In this document: positions 28,442-38,903 of the stretch, one piece after another
Numbering within the stretch: the stretch's first letter is position 1
Layout of the letters: the number at the start of each line of letters is the position of its first letter
IMG/VR virus record: IMGVR_UViG_3300023184_009648
Location: 22,321 to 86,320 of that record
Source of the DNA: a virus
Length of the DNA stretch: 64,000 nucleotides
Reading direction: 5' to 3' (one strand)
Notes under the pieces: model-generated
Told to the model about the DNA's origin: nothing
Databases searched by the model: none
Seen by the model: only the letters and a program-made list of their open reading frames with translations
Made by a program: the position numbers and the translations under genes

Positions 28442-28984
28442 ATGGCCTTAAAAAATCTCGATGGAACACCATATCAAGTAAGAGGCAGCTATCAGATGTA
28501 TGATCCAAATGATCGTACACATGATTTGTTTAATCTTTGGGATCAAGAAGCAATTAAAAGAGGCGGCTCTCCAATTTACTATTACGAGGTCATCATTTCT
28601 CCAAATATGATTGACCCCATTTATCTTGAAGCTCGCAACAAATTGTTTTCAAACAATCCAGTACAATTGTGGTGTAATTATGAGCCTATTCCATCTCAGA
28701 ATCTTATCAATCAATTTGGAATAGATGCTCCAGATGAAATGAAATTTGAATTAAATTACAGAGCCCTTTTACAAGCTGTGGGACATCCTCCCAAGATTGG
28801 ATCTCGTTTATTCACTCCTCATTTGCGAGAAAATTGGGTAATTGTACAAAGAAATCTTGGTGAGTTTAAAATGTGGGGAGCTTTGCGTATTGAATTGATA
28901 TGTCAAAGATTTCAAGAAGATGTTGTTACTGGCGATGGTAAGGTTTCTCAAAAAGAACCTGATCTTAAAATTAAAATTGTATAA
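28442..28984 (+). CDS. neck/head-closure protein (T4 gp14-like)
   Basis: EAIKRGG..IYY, DPIYLE, QFGIDAPDE and PKIG motifs. Confidence 0.8.
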   Translation: MALKNLDGTPYQVRGSYQMYDPNDRTHDLFNLWDQEAIKRGGSPIYYYEVIISPNMIDPIYLEARNKLFSNNPVQLWCNYEPIPSQNLINQFGIDAPDEMKFELNYRALLQAVGHPPKIGSRLFTPHLRENWVIVQRNLGEFKMWGALRIELICQRFQEDVVTGDGKVSQKEPDLKIKIV

Positions 28985-28993
28985 AGGAAAATA

Positions 28994-29308
28994 ATGCTAT
29001 CATTCTATGAATTAAACCAAAAAATGATTAAAGAAGCTGGTCCGGGTATGGTAGCTGGTCCGGGCATGGCGGCTGGTATGGCTGGTGCTCCACAACAATC
29101 TTTGGCAGCCCAACCACCTGATCCTGCTATAATAAGTCTTCAAAAGGCTCTAACACAAATTAAAGATCCTCAAACAAAAAGTTCTTTATCAAATTTGGTT
29201 AATACAGCACTAAGTCAAAAAACATTAACAGGAAAAGTTCCACCTACAGCACAACAACTTAAAGCTGCTCAAACGATGCAAGCATACCAACCAACAAAAA
29301 CGACTTAA
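28994..29308 (+). CDS. low-complexity protein with capsid-targeting-like N-terminus
   Basis: MLSFYELNQKMIKEA. Confidence 0.65.
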   Translation: MLSFYELNQKMIKEAGPGMVAGPGMAAGMAGAPQQSLAAQPPDPAIISLQKALTQIKDPQTKSSLSNLVNTALSQKTLTGKVPPTAQQLKAAQTMQAYQPTKTT

Positions 29309-29310
29309 TG

Positions 29311-29475
29311 TTATTTGTTAAATGACAGATTAAATTTAGGTTTATAAAGTGCTGGTTTATTTACTTTAGAAATAAAAACAAAAGGCAATTTTGGCTTTTT
29401 GAAATAAGTAATCGGTTCGCCCGGAATATAAAGGTGGCGTCGTTCAGTCTTTTTTTTGATCCGAAAACCCTTCAT
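29311..29475 (-). CDS. small basic protein (54 aa) missing from the ORF track
   Basis: MKGFRIKKKTERRHLYIPGEP...FNK*; AAGGAAG upstream; fills the gap. Confidence 0.4.
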   Translation of the reverse strand: MKGFRIKKKTERRHLYIPGEPITYFKKPKLPFVFISKVNKPALYKPKFNLSFNK

Positions 29476-30295
29476 TTTTCTTCCTTATAATTGGCTTAGT
29501 TTTAAACTTCATTACTTGTGGAGTGAGCAATTTATTATCTATTTCATCTAAAAATCGATTGACCCCATCTAACCCTTTTTTAACAAATATGTTATTTAGA
29601 ATTTTATATTTATCATTAAAATTGTGCCCAATATAATCATGCCAATTGTTTTTGGATATTTTATGAGCATATTTGTTAATATTTTCATCTAAAAAATTTC
29701 TTTTAAAGGCTTCTTCTGAAGACATTTCTTTTATATCATATGAAATTCTTTGAGGTAGAATTAAAATTTGTCCAAAAGGTTCACCTTTACGGAATATAAG
29801 AGTCTGATCAGGCAATGGGTTTTTAAAAACTACAAAAAATATTTTTGGCCACCATGTTGTTGAAAGATGACCGGGAATACAACATGGAACTGTATTGGTG
29901 TGATCAGTATAAAAGCGTGGATGGGGTTCTGTTCTCAAAACATAACCATTTGGTACTTTTATATCTAGGCACGATGACATGCCAAAATGACCCGGAGCAA
30001 AAGTCATAAAAGGTGGCATTGTCATGTGAGGAAGTCGTATGGCATCCTTACTAAAATCACCAGAAAAAACAACCTTACCATCAACTATAGTAACATGACA
30101 CTCGCCTTCAAATGTGTAAATAAGTTCAAGACCATATGTGGAAGCTTCTACATATGGAGTGCAATGCCAAGGCTGTGGAACATCTCCATCAGTGTGGGCA
30201 TTTTTATCACCTGCCCATCCGGGTATTTGTAATTTAATTTGTTGAGGTGGTATTCCTTGATCCCAACATCGATATGTCAAAGGGATTTTTTCCAT
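29444..30295 (-). CDS. DUF6065-like protein
   Basis: HCTPYVEASTYGLEL and FRKGEPFGQI motifs. Confidence 0.55.
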   Translation of the reverse strand: MEKIPLTYRCWDQGIPPQQIKLQIPGWAGDKNAHTDGDVPQPWHCTPYVEASTYGLELIYTFEGECHVTIVDGKVVFSGDFSKDAIRLPHMTMPPFMTFAPGHFGMSSCLDIKVPNGYVLRTEPHPRFYTDHTNTVPCCIPGHLSTTWWPKIFFVVFKNPLPDQTLIFRKGEPFGQILILPQRISYDIKEMSSEEAFKRNFLDENINKYAHKISKNNWHDYIGHNFNDKYKILNNIFVKKGLDGVNRFLDEIDNKLLTPQVMKFKTKPIIRKKNEGFSDQKKD

Positions 30296-30335
30296 ATTTA
30301 CTTCCCGAATGAATAACTAAACCAGAGGATTATAA

Positions 30336-31340
30336 ATGGGCACTGATTCACCGAATCATAATCAACAGAGAGATTACTCGCAATGCAATGATAAGTCAAG
30401 TCCACCAGACTTGAACTTAGATTCTTCTCCTCCATATTGCGAAAATCCAATTGACGCAAATATAGATGCTGAAAATAAACGACGCATCAATGACGATAGT
30501 TTTAATTGGCTAAAAGACCAAACCATGAAAAAAACTGGATTTGGTGCTCGTGTTGATGGCGATGCTATGCAGCGTGGCCAAATCATCAATGATCCTGATC
30601 GACCTGAACGAGAGGTCATTTATCGTTATTCCAAATCAATTCGTGGTACAGATGAAGCAATGTTGGACATGTTTCGTAATGTAGTTGTTTTAGATGAAGA
30701 CGGCAAAGCATGGCCTATTCCTATAATGCTTGGCCCTCCAGAAAAAGCTGTAGCAGCAATTGTTCAAGAAAATGTACGCAAAGATGAAACTCTTGTTGTT
30801 AATCGTTTGCGTCTGCCTCTTATGGCATTAACGCAAACTAATATTGAATATGATACAACAAGATACATTTATCACAAAGCTATAAATTTTTGGCGTGATG
30901 CAACTGGCAAGCCGGGTAAACATATTAGTGAAAAATATAATCGAGATACAGTTTTTGGAACAGCTGCAGGCATTCCAGTAAACATTAGTTATCAACTAAC
31001 AGCATGGACAATGTATCGAGAAGATATGAATCAAATAGTTGAACAAATTATGACAAAATTTAGTCAACTGGCATACATACGAGTGACTGGTGTACCTTGG
31101 GAAATTGCCGTCAAGCTAGATTCAACTGCAAACAACCTGAATGCTGAACCGGGTAACCAAGCAATCAGGATAATTAAATTTGAATTTAATATGACAGCCC
31201 AAACATATATACCTCAACCAATTGTACGAAAGAAAGCAGTGCTGAAAACAAAAATTGATTTTGTTGACGGCTTGAATGAAGAGACCATAACGGCAGTGTT
31301 AGCGAGAATTGAAGCCTCAGTAAAGGAACTAGAATGTTAG
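30336..31340 (+). CDS. tail terminator/sheath stabilizer (T4 gp15-like)
   Basis: IPIMLGPPEK, LRLPLMA and PVNISYQL...DMNQIVEQI motifs. Confidence 0.85.
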   Translation: MGTDSPNHNQQRDYSQCNDKSSPPDLNLDSSPPYCENPIDANIDAENKRRINDDSFNWLKDQTMKKTGFGARVDGDAMQRGQIINDPDRPEREVIYRYSKSIRGTDEAMLDMFRNVVVLDEDGKAWPIPIMLGPPEKAVAAIVQENVRKDETLVVNRLRLPLMALTQTNIEYDTTRYIYHKAINFWRDATGKPGKHISEKYNRDTVFGTAAGIPVNISYQLTAWTMYREDMNQIVEQIMTKFSQLAYIRVTGVPWEIAVKLDSTANNLNAEPGNQAIRIIKFEFNMTAQTYIPQPIVRKKAVLKTKIDFVDGLNEETITAVLARIEASVKELEC

Positions 31341-31555
31341 AGATTACAAATCGAAAACGACATCCAGTACAGTTATTGATTAGGTCTAGGAGGGCCAGTC
31401 GTTCTTTCACAACTCTCAATCTTCCGGGAGTGGGAGCAGGAAAAAATATTTTATTTTTAGAAGATGAAAGATCAACTACATACATAGATAAAGCAGCAAA
31501 CGATGGATTGATTTCCATTAAGCACATAAACAACACGATTCGAAAGGGAGAATAA
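31334..31555 (+). CDS. small protein preceding the tail sheath
   Basis: AAGGA RBS; tightly packed between gp15 and sheath genes. Confidence 0.65.
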   Translation: MLEITNRKRHPVQLLIRSRRASRSFTTLNLPGVGAGKNILFLEDERSTTYIDKAANDGLISIKHINNTIRKGE

Positions 31556-31559
31556 GACA

Positions 31560-33929
31560 ATGGCGATTCTAAAAGGGTTTCCCCCCTCTAACACAATAAG
31601 CCCCAGTGTTAGAATCACTGAAAAAGACCTAAGCTTCATCGCTCCAGACCAATCCTTCCATAGGGCTGGTTTGATCGGCTTTGCTTCTAAGGGTCCTGTA
31701 AACTTACCGACTTCTATTAGCACAAGTCGTCAACTTCATACCATCTTTGGCAATCCTCATCCTGATTCAGGCGACCCTTTCCTTCTTTATGCCGCTGATC
31801 AGTATCTTTTGGTTGCTAGCGAATTGTATGTTGTTCGTGTTGCTGACATCGATCCTGTTAGCGATGAACAAGCCACAACAGCTACTGTTGATGTACCTAC
31901 AGCAGGTACTTTAATTGAGATTGAATCTGCAACTGCTGGACCTTATACATTTGATGATGATTCATTCTTCCGTTGGAAGTTAAATGGATCTCTTTCCACA
32001 AAGACTCTTGTGATTCTTGCTGGAACTTATGATGTTTCTGAAGTTGTTGATGGACTTAACTCCCAAATAGACTTTGAAAACGATGGCATTCAGTTTTATC
32101 TTACCGATGAAAACGACGATAATAGTCCTATTGGCGTTCGCACTCTTTGGGCTTATGGACCAGACTCTTCACTAGAAATGATTTCTGTTCAGAACTCAAT
32201 TTATGGTGGATTAGTTTCTGGAGATCCTATTCGTGACAACCCTACAGGTCTTGGAACGGATATGACTGGTGCTGAAGTTACAGGCTCTTTGACAAAATAT
32301 CCCAACAATGGATATCAAGTAGCTGGCCAATATGATTTATCCGCTTTAAGTGACCTGAACCTAGAAATCGTTATTGACGGCACTGATAATGTACTCATCG
32401 ATCAAGTTGTTCAAACAATTACTATCGATGCAGCTGATCAAAATATCGCTACAATCGTTGCTGCAATCAATGCTCAACGCACAGAAGAGGCTGGAACTCT
32501 TCCGGGTGGTTGGGAAGCCATGGTTGATGGCGACAGCTTAAAATTCATGACAAAGAGTTATGGTGCTGACGCTCGTTTACGCATTAAGCCAACAAGCACT
32601 GCCACAGACATTTTTGGTCTTTCTACCACAACTAAAGTTGGGGTGACTACTGAAGGCGTGTCTGGAGATGTAGGCATTGAAACATTTGGTTTAGTTAATG
32701 GAGGTCCTAATAACTCTGGCCTTCTTACATTTACAATTAACGCTGACTCACCCGGTATTGATGGCAACTTGACCCAAGTTGTCATTAAAAACAACATTTA
32801 TGATAGGTACTTTAATGTTGAAGTATATAACAATTCAATTCAAGTTGAAGCTTGGGGTGGTCTTACAAAGGATTCTGCCAGTCGCTTCTATGTTGAAACC
32901 TATCTTGCTCTAGTGTCGGATTATGTTCGTGTAATCGACAACACTACCGAACTTGCAGGTCCTCTTGATGGCACCTATTCCTTGTCTGGTGGATCTGATG
33001 GTATTCCCGCCGATCCTGATCAACAAGATGTGCTCCTCATGGGCAGCCCTGTTGGTTTTACTGGCATCTATACCTTAAGCGAACCAGAACAAGTTGACAT
33101 CGACTTGATCGCAGTTCCCGGACATTCCAGCACTGCTGTTGTACAAGAGCTTCTTGCATTCTGCCGTGATTATCGTCAAGATTGCTTGGCAATTATTGAT
33201 GCTCCTTTCGGCCTAACCGTAAAAGAAGTTGTAGATTGGCAAAATGGAACACATCCATTGAACAATGTACGCTTCGATTCCGATTTCGGTGCTCTTTACT
33301 GGCCTTGGGTCAAAATTTATGACTCATTTAACAAGGTTGATGTTTGGTGTCCTCCTAGCGGTTCCATCATGGCAACCATTGCTCGTAGCGACTTCCTTGG
33401 TGCACCTTGGTTCGCTCCTGCAGGTTTGACTCGTGGACTCGTTCCAAATGTGACCGATGTTTATAATCGTCCTACTTTGGAAGAGCGTGACTTAATGTAT
33501 GGCAATCGCAACTGTGTAAATCCTATTGTGCAGTTCACAGACAGTCAAGGGTTTGTGGTGTTTGGTCAAAAGACTCTCCAACGCCGTCCAACCGCTTTGG
33601 ACAGAGTGAATGTTCGACGCTTGATGTTCTACATCGAGAAAAAGATTCGCACCTCTAGCCGTGTTCTCTTGTTCGATCCAAATGATGATGCCTTCCGCAG
33701 AACATTTACCCGTATTGCAGAAGAAATCCTTCGTGAAGTTCGTGTGGGTCGTGGTCTAAATGACTACATTATTCAAGCTGATACCACTTTGAATACTCCC
33801 GATGTGATCGACCGCAACGAGTTCCGTGCAAGAATTGGCGTACAACCCACTCGTGCAGCTGAGTTCATGTTCATCGAGTTCTCGATCCACAGAACTGGCT
33901 CTTTTACTGAAAACGCTGAAACCTTCTAA
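31560..33929 (+). CDS. contractile tail sheath protein (gp18-like)
   Basis: SPSVRITEKDLS, YWPW, PWFAPAG, FGQKTL and DRVNVRRL motifs. Confidence 0.97.
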   Translation: MAILKGFPPSNTISPSVRITEKDLSFIAPDQSFHRAGLIGFASKGPVNLPTSISTSRQLHTIFGNPHPDSGDPFLLYAADQYLLVASELYVVRVADIDPVSDEQATTATVDVPTAGTLIEIESATAGPYTFDDDSFFRWKLNGSLSTKTLVILAGTYDVSEVVDGLNSQIDFENDGIQFYLTDENDDNSPIGVRTLWAYGPDSSLEMISVQNSIYGGLVSGDPIRDNPTGLGTDMTGAEVTGSLTKYPNNGYQVAGQYDLSALSDLNLEIVIDGTDNVLIDQVVQTITIDAADQNIATIVAAINAQRTEEAGTLPGGWEAMVDGDSLKFMTKSYGADARLRIKPTSTATDIFGLSTTTKVGVTTEGVSGDVGIETFGLVNGGPNNSGLLTFTINADSPGIDGNLTQVVIKNNIYDRYFNVEVYNNSIQVEAWGGLTKDSASRFYVETYLALVSDYVRVIDNTTELAGPLDGTYSLSGGSDGIPADPDQQDVLLMGSPVGFTGIYTLSEPEQVDIDLIAVPGHSSTAVVQELLAFCRDYRQDCLAIIDAPFGLTVKEVVDWQNGTHPLNNVRFDSDFGALYWPWVKIYDSFNKVDVWCPPSGSIMATIARSDFLGAPWFAPAGLTRGLVPNVTDVYNRPTLEERDLMYGNRNCVNPIVQFTDSQGFVVFGQKTLQRRPTALDRVNVRRLMFYIEKKIRTSSRVLLFDPNDDAFRRTFTRIAEEILREVRVGRGLNDYIIQADTTLNTPDVIDRNEFRARIGVQPTRAAEFMFIEFSIHRTGSFTENAETF

Positions 33930-33952
33930 GAGATATATAAGGAGAACTTATT

Positions 33953-34597
33953 ATGGACATGGGACTAGGACAACTGGGCAATGACGCCTTAGTTTTTAAA
34001 AGAAAATATCGCTGGACACTGCAGTTGAGCCCCAACTGCGGTGGTACCATTCCCGAAGCTTTCGTAAAGGTTGCGGCTCGCCCCAGCCTAACGATTGATG
34101 AGCAGGAAATCAACTACTTGCATGGCAAGATGTGGATTCCCGGCAAAGGCACTTGGGAAACAATGTCGGTAACTTATTATGATATAGGCAATGCTGGCCC
34201 CGGCATGACTGCCTTGTTCAGTTGGTTGGCTTCTGTGTATCAATTCACAAATCCAACCACATTGTATCAAGCTTCCACCTCTGCTGGCTATGCTTGCACA
34301 GGCGTTCTCACCATGTATGATGGTGTTGGAGCCGCTATGGAAACTTGGACAATGCGTAAAATGTGGCCAACTGCTGTTAATTTTGGCGAACTAGATTATA
34401 GCAACACTGAACCTGCCACAATTGATCTTACTCTGCGTTATAGCGAAGTACAGTACACTAGTCTTTGCGGTGGCGTTCAGATCAATCCTTGCCATACTGG
34501 CTGCTCTGCTCCTAGCACAAATGGTCAGCAACAACGCAGCAATAGTGGTTCAACTGGCACTCAAGTTGTTACTGGCGGTGGATATCCAGTTATATAA
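33953..34597 (+). CDS. tail tube protein (gp19-like)
   Basis: ARPSL...IPGKGTWE, WPTAVNFGELDYS and LTLRY motifs. Confidence 0.9.
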   Translation: MDMGLGQLGNDALVFKRKYRWTLQLSPNCGGTIPEAFVKVAARPSLTIDEQEINYLHGKMWIPGKGTWETMSVTYYDIGNAGPGMTALFSWLASVYQFTNPTTLYQASTSAGYACTGVLTMYDGVGAAMETWTMRKMWPTAVNFGELDYSNTEPATIDLTLRYSEVQYTSLCGGVQINPCHTGCSAPSTNGQQQRSNSGSTGTQVVTGGGYPVI

Positions 34598-34630
34598 AAT
34601 CTATTTTTTGGATTTATATTACTAATATAT

Positions 34631-34672
34631 AAGAAACAGACCTTGTACATAATACAAGGTCTGTTTCTTTTT
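34631..34672 (+). terminator. 17-bp stem terminator between the two tube genes
   Basis: AAGAAACAGACCTTGTA-CATAA-TACAAGGTCTGTTTCTT plus T-tract. Confidence 0.8.
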
Positions 34673-34685
34673 AAGGAGGTTATAT

Positions 34686-35318
34686 ATGGGAATTGATATG
34701 GGATTTGGCTTTAATATAGCCGACACAACCACTGTTTTTATGAGAAAACATCGTTGGTTGTTTAAAATTCCAGAAATCAGTGCAGAAGGCGTTGATGCAC
34801 TTCCACCTTTTAAAGGAGCAAGACCTTCTTTAAGCTTTAAAGAATTAGAAGCCAATCATCTTACAGAAACAATATATTTTCCCGGACGAGCCGATTGGAA
34901 GCCAATTCCTTTAACTCTTTACGAACTCAAAAGAGCACAAGGTAGCGGTCATAATCCAATTTGGAAATGGATAAAAGAATATTATGATCCTAAAAATGAA
35001 TCAAAAATAAAACCATCAGCAGAAGGTTTTAAAAAACCACAAGCAATTCTTGAGCTTTATGATGGTATAGGAAATGCTTGTGAAACTTGGATTTTTGAAA
35101 CTATATGGTTACAAAGTATAGAATTTGGAGATCTTGACATGGGCAATGCAGATATTATTACCTGCGATTTAACACTTAGGTTTGATCGTGCTTATTTGCA
35201 AGAAGAAGAATTAAAACCTGCTGTCAATAATCCATTAGGAGGAGGAGGAGGAGGAGAAGCAGGAGCAGTTGCCGCAGGAATTGCTGGAGGGATTTTTAGA
35301 AGTGGAGGAATTTTTTAA
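34686..35318 (+). CDS. second tail tube-family protein
   Basis: ARPSL...FPGRADW and FGDLD...LTLRFD motifs; paralog of 33953. Confidence 0.85.
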   Translation: MGIDMGFGFNIADTTTVFMRKHRWLFKIPEISAEGVDALPPFKGARPSLSFKELEANHLTETIYFPGRADWKPIPLTLYELKRAQGSGHNPIWKWIKEYYDPKNESKIKPSAEGFKKPQAILELYDGIGNACETWIFETIWLQSIEFGDLDMGNADIITCDLTLRFDRAYLQEEELKPAVNNPLGGGGGGEAGAVAAGIAGGIFRSGGIF

Positions 35319-35441
35319 ATCAGATAATTCAATTGTTGTAATTGATAGCGATTTATAAAAATATACAACTATTTTCTAATTAAATTTAGAAAATTTACAG
35401 CTAACGCAAAAAATTTCACTTATTTGCAAGAACAAGAATAA

Positions 35442-35714
35442 TTACTCGTCATCTTCATTTTCTTCTGATTTATCAAGTTGCATTTCTTTTTTAAGCAATT
35501 CTTGACATGCTTTTATAGCTTCTTCTAATTCTTTAGGCTTACATTTTAAAACACGACAAGCTCCACTTTTATTTAGACGACCTTTTTTAGTATAAACTTT
35601 TGAGTCGTTCAATAAAAAAGCATCGACTAATTTGCCGAATCCAGAAGCAATCAATTTCTCAATTAACTCTTGGTTTTCAATATTATCAAATAAACTTTTT
35701 CCTGATTTTGTCAT
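35442..35714 (-). CDS. small HTH-like protein downstream of the late sigma gene
   Basis: LNKSGACRVLKCKPKELEEAI. Confidence 0.6.
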   Translation of the reverse strand: MTKSGKSLFDNIENQELIEKLIASGFGKLVDAFLLNDSKVYTKKGRLNKSGACRVLKCKPKELEEAIKACQELLKKEMQLDKSEENEDDE

Positions 35715-35780
35715 ATAGATAGTTACCAAATAACCCCTGTTCGGGGAAGTTAAAAAATTATATACTAAATGATTTCAATA

Positions 35781-36326
35781 TCAAGTTTCGCTGACTATGT
35801 TATGTTTTTTATACAAGTTTTTTGTTTTAGTAACTTGAAATTGATGAGACATTTGAATTTGAACATGATCCAAATATTTGCGTTTTAGTTCATTATAGTT
35901 GCGTGCAGTTCTGTATAACTGTCGAAAATGATTTAGTACACAAGTAGTCATATAATTAAAAGCTTTGCCCTTTTTAGGATCAAAACGATCAATCTTTTCA
36001 AAACAAATCATTACACCTTCTTGAATGGCATCATCTTGATCAATTAAATTAAATTTTGCATATCTAACGATATTTTCAGACAATGTATAAAATGCAATTG
36101 CAAGATTTTCTTGAGCTTCAGAATATTCAACAGAAATAGAAGTAAAAGTTTTTTCTATAATAGCCCAACCTGAAGGTTGTTGATATTTGCCTCGATTTAA
36201 AGTCCTTTGTTGAGCTCCACGAATATCATCCATGAGTAGTAAATATTTTACCCGTTCTTTTTTGGCTTGCTGAAATCTAACTATAAGCTTTTCAAAAGTT
36301 TTATTGTTCAAATATTCTGTGGCCAT
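35781..36326 (-). CDS. late-transcription sigma factor (T4 gp55-like)
   Basis: YLNNK N-terminus; DAIQEG...IDRFDPKK..AFNYMT..VLNHF; lacks region 4. Confidence 0.85.
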   Translation of the reverse strand: MATEYLNNKTFEKLIVRFQQAKKERVKYLLLMDDIRGAQQRTLNRGKYQQPSGWAIIEKTFTSISVEYSEAQENLAIAFYTLSENIVRYAKFNLIDQDDAIQEGVMICFEKIDRFDPKKGKAFNYMTTCVLNHFRQLYRTARNYNELKRKYLDHVQIQMSHQFQVTKTKNLYKKHNIVSET

Positions 36327-36382
36327 TAAACTCCTTAAATCTGAACTTTATTTTAGTTGCAATTTAATTACTTTTTTGACAC

Positions 36383-36574
36383 ATGCTTATGAACATAGCC
36401 AAAATTTTTATTGAACTGCTTGATAAACCCGATGTTCCTCGATATTATCGTGAGCTTCAAAAGCACTACATTTCTGTTGATATGCTAGAAGAAGCAGCAG
36501 CCATAGCATCTCTACTAGAGCGTAAGTTTGAGAAAAAAAATGAAATCTCCACTGACAATTCATCTGTTGACTAA
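36383..36574 (+). CDS. hypothetical protein
   Basis: Short helical ORF overlapping the next gene. Confidence 0.5.
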   Translation: MLMNIAKIFIELLDKPDVPRYYRELQKHYISVDMLEEAAAIASLLERKFEKKNEISTDNSSVD

Positions 36575-37502
36575 AGACAATGCTGATACCATCATGTCTT
36601 GCTTAGATTCATTAAATGAATTGAATTGCGAATTATTGGTAGGAGATTTGGGCAGCAAAGACAATACTTTACATATTTGCAACAGTTATAAAGCAAAAAC
36701 AATCCGATTATCTCTTAAAGACGATATCTCTGATGCTCGCAACCATATGATTGCGACATCCACAACGCCTTGGCAAATGCTTATTGAACCATGGGAAATT
36801 TTAATTTCAGGATTAGATGAAATTAAGCAAGCAGTTGCAGGAAAAAAAGCATGTTATCGTTTTAACATTTTAGAAAATGACATTGCAAGTAAATCTTCTC
36901 GATTGTGGCATCGAAGCGAAAATAGAAAATTTGAAAATCCTATATTCTCAAGCCTTTCAGGATCATCAACAGATTTATCTGTTTTTTTAAGTTCAATCCC
37001 AAATAAAAGCTCTATTGATATCAAACAGCTTACTCAAAAATGGTATGAAAGACAACCTCTTCAAGCTGAGCCAACATATTATTTGTCTTGCATGGAACTA
37101 AAAGACAAAAATTGGGATTCATTTTTAAATTATGCTGATCTTTATTTACATCGAGAAAAGCAAAAAACTATGTCTTATTACATGACTCACTATTACATGG
37201 CAATGGTTTATCTATATGTTAAAAAAAATTATCAGTTATCTTTGAATCACATTATAATTTGCACAATTGAATATCCAACTATGGCAGAATATTGGTGTTT
37301 ATTGGCCGATATTTATTATGCATTGTCCGATTATAAAAGAGCTTATGAATTATATGAAAATGCTATTTTACTAGGACAAAGAAGAAAGAAAAATTCTGAG
37401 TGGCCTATGGAAATATCAAAATATAAAGAATATCCTGAAAAAATGATGAATGCTTGTCTTAATTTAAACAAAAATTCAAAAATTTATATCAGCAACATTT
37501 AG
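36540..37502 (+). CDS. GT2-like glycosyltransferase domain plus TPR (divergent)
   Basis: GDLGSKDNT and DISDARN motifs; EPWE where DADE is usual; C-terminal TPR. Confidence 0.7.
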   Translation: MKSPLTIHLLTKDNADTIMSCLDSLNELNCELLVGDLGSKDNTLHICNSYKAKTIRLSLKDDISDARNHMIATSTTPWQMLIEPWEILISGLDEIKQAVAGKKACYRFNILENDIASKSSRLWHRSENRKFENPIFSSLSGSSTDLSVFLSSIPNKSSIDIKQLTQKWYERQPLQAEPTYYLSCMELKDKNWDSFLNYADLYLHREKQKTMSYYMTHYYMAMVYLYVKKNYQLSLNHIIICTIEYPTMAEYWCLLADIYYALSDYKRAYELYENAILLGQRRKKNSEWPMEISKYKEYPEKMMNACLNLNKNSKIYISNI

Positions 37503-37879
37503 TACAAAATATCTAATTCATTTACAATTACTGTAATCATATCTTCATAACGAGCCACTGCAAGTTGTTTTCTTCCGGGAGGTAGAGATTTCAATTTTTC
37601 TTCAAGTTCATCTTTGTGACAATTGATAACACGCCAATTGTTTTCTGCTAATTTTTTTGCTTCTTCATCAAGATTGGCTATATTTCTATTTGGATAATAT
37701 GCTTGTAATTGTTGACGAGCCTCTGTCATTAGACGCTTATAAAGCGGTACATTACAAGCACAGCCCGGATTGTTAAGGTATTTTTGAATATCTTGTTGAA
37801 AAGTAATAGGAAGACTTTCTCGAAATCGAGCATCTCTTAGAGCTTGTTTAACATCCATCAAACCAACAGATCTACTCAT
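37499..37879 (-). CDS. hypothetical protein
   Basis: NPGCACN motif; coupled in operon. Confidence 0.65.
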   Translation of the reverse strand: MSRSVGLMDVKQALRDARFRESLPITFQQDIQKYLNNPGCACNVPLYKRLMTEARQQLQAYYPNRNIANLDEEAKKLAENNWRVINCHKDELEEKLKSLPPGRKQLAVARYEDMITVIVNELDILY

Positions 37880-38136
37880 TTTTTGTCCTCTATATGCTTG
37901 TTTGGATCATAAGCTTTCATTGCAAATCCACATTTAGGGCAGCGAAATAATTTAGTCCGTTTTAAAAGCGGAGGATTATATTGTGTTCTGGTCTTAGGAT
38001 CATATTTAACGCCACCTAATTGAAAATTACTATTTTTTATTTGAACAAGATCATTCAAATCATCACCATTAGTGTAACGCTTATACTTACACTGTTGACA
38101 AAAAATCATGTACTTAAAATTATTATTGCTGGCCAT
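37876..38136 (-). CDS. Zn-ribbon protein
   Basis: CQQC...CPKCG. Confidence 0.65.
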   Translation of the reverse strand: MASNNNFKYMIFCQQCKYKRYTNGDDLNDLVQIKNSNFQLGGVKYDPKTRTQYNPPLLKRTKLFRCPKCGFAMKAYDPNKHIEDKK

Positions 38137-38464
38137 TTTCCGCCTGATCAGGAAGACTAACAATTGTTGCTGCTTCCAAATAATTTAAAATAACCGCTGC
38201 TAAATTAGATAAAAATCCCCCAGCACATCCACAGGCAAAAATTTGCAATGGATTTTCTGTGAGCCAAACATAACCCATTAAAAACCCAGTCCAAGTACCA
38301 GCACAAAGATAGCAATCAACTATGCTGCCAATTTTTGGATAGCCTACTTTTTGAGAAAAGCTTTTAACAAGATCACGAAACCATTGGAGAATGGTTCCGT
38401 CTACAATAATGTGACACATGCCAACTGTACTAAAAACAAACAAAAACAAAGAAATAGCGCTCAT
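38123..38464 (-). CDS. DUF1360-like membrane protein
   Basis: TM segments; CYLCAGTW motif. Confidence 0.6.
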   Translation of the reverse strand: MSAISLFLFVFSTVGMCHIIVDGTILQWFRDLVKSFSQKVGYPKIGSIVDCYLCAGTWTGFLMGYVWLTENPLQIFACGCAGGFLSNLAAVILNYLEAATIVSLPDQAENGQQ

Positions 38465-38478
38465 ATTTTTTCCTTGGG

Positions 38479-38838
38479 TTAACGCCAAAATGTAATTGAT
38501 AACTGATCTTTACTGCGATGTAGACAGAAATCTTTATATTCAGTGAACTCACAAAGCCGATCAGCTTCATCCATGTTGCAATTATAATGATCGACAATCT
38601 TATGATTCAAACGCTGCAAAAGCACAGATTCACCAAAATATGTTTCTAAAGTTTTTAAATGACGCTCTTCTAATGTATTAAGAACTTCAAAAACACTTCT
38701 TTGTCCATGAGCTTTAAGTCCGGGAATTCTATATGCTAATTGCCATTGATCGAATTGTTGCCTAAACTCTGGAAGAAGTGCTTGAACTTCTTTTTTAAAA
38801 AAAATTATTTCTTCAATGTTTCGAAGATTTATTTCCAT
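38479..38838 (-). CDS. hypothetical protein
   Basis: 119-aa ORF leading the minus-strand operon. Confidence 0.6.
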   Translation of the reverse strand: MEINLRNIEEIIFFKKEVQALLPEFRQQFDQWQLAYRIPGLKAHGQRSVFEVLNTLEERHLKTLETYFGESVLLQRLNHKIVDHYNCNMDEADRLCEFTEYKDFCLHRSKDQLSITFWR

Positions 38839-38903
38839 AATACTCTGACTATTTTAACCAATGAAGGATATACTCTAAACTAGTATCCAAGGAGACTTTT
38901 CAA

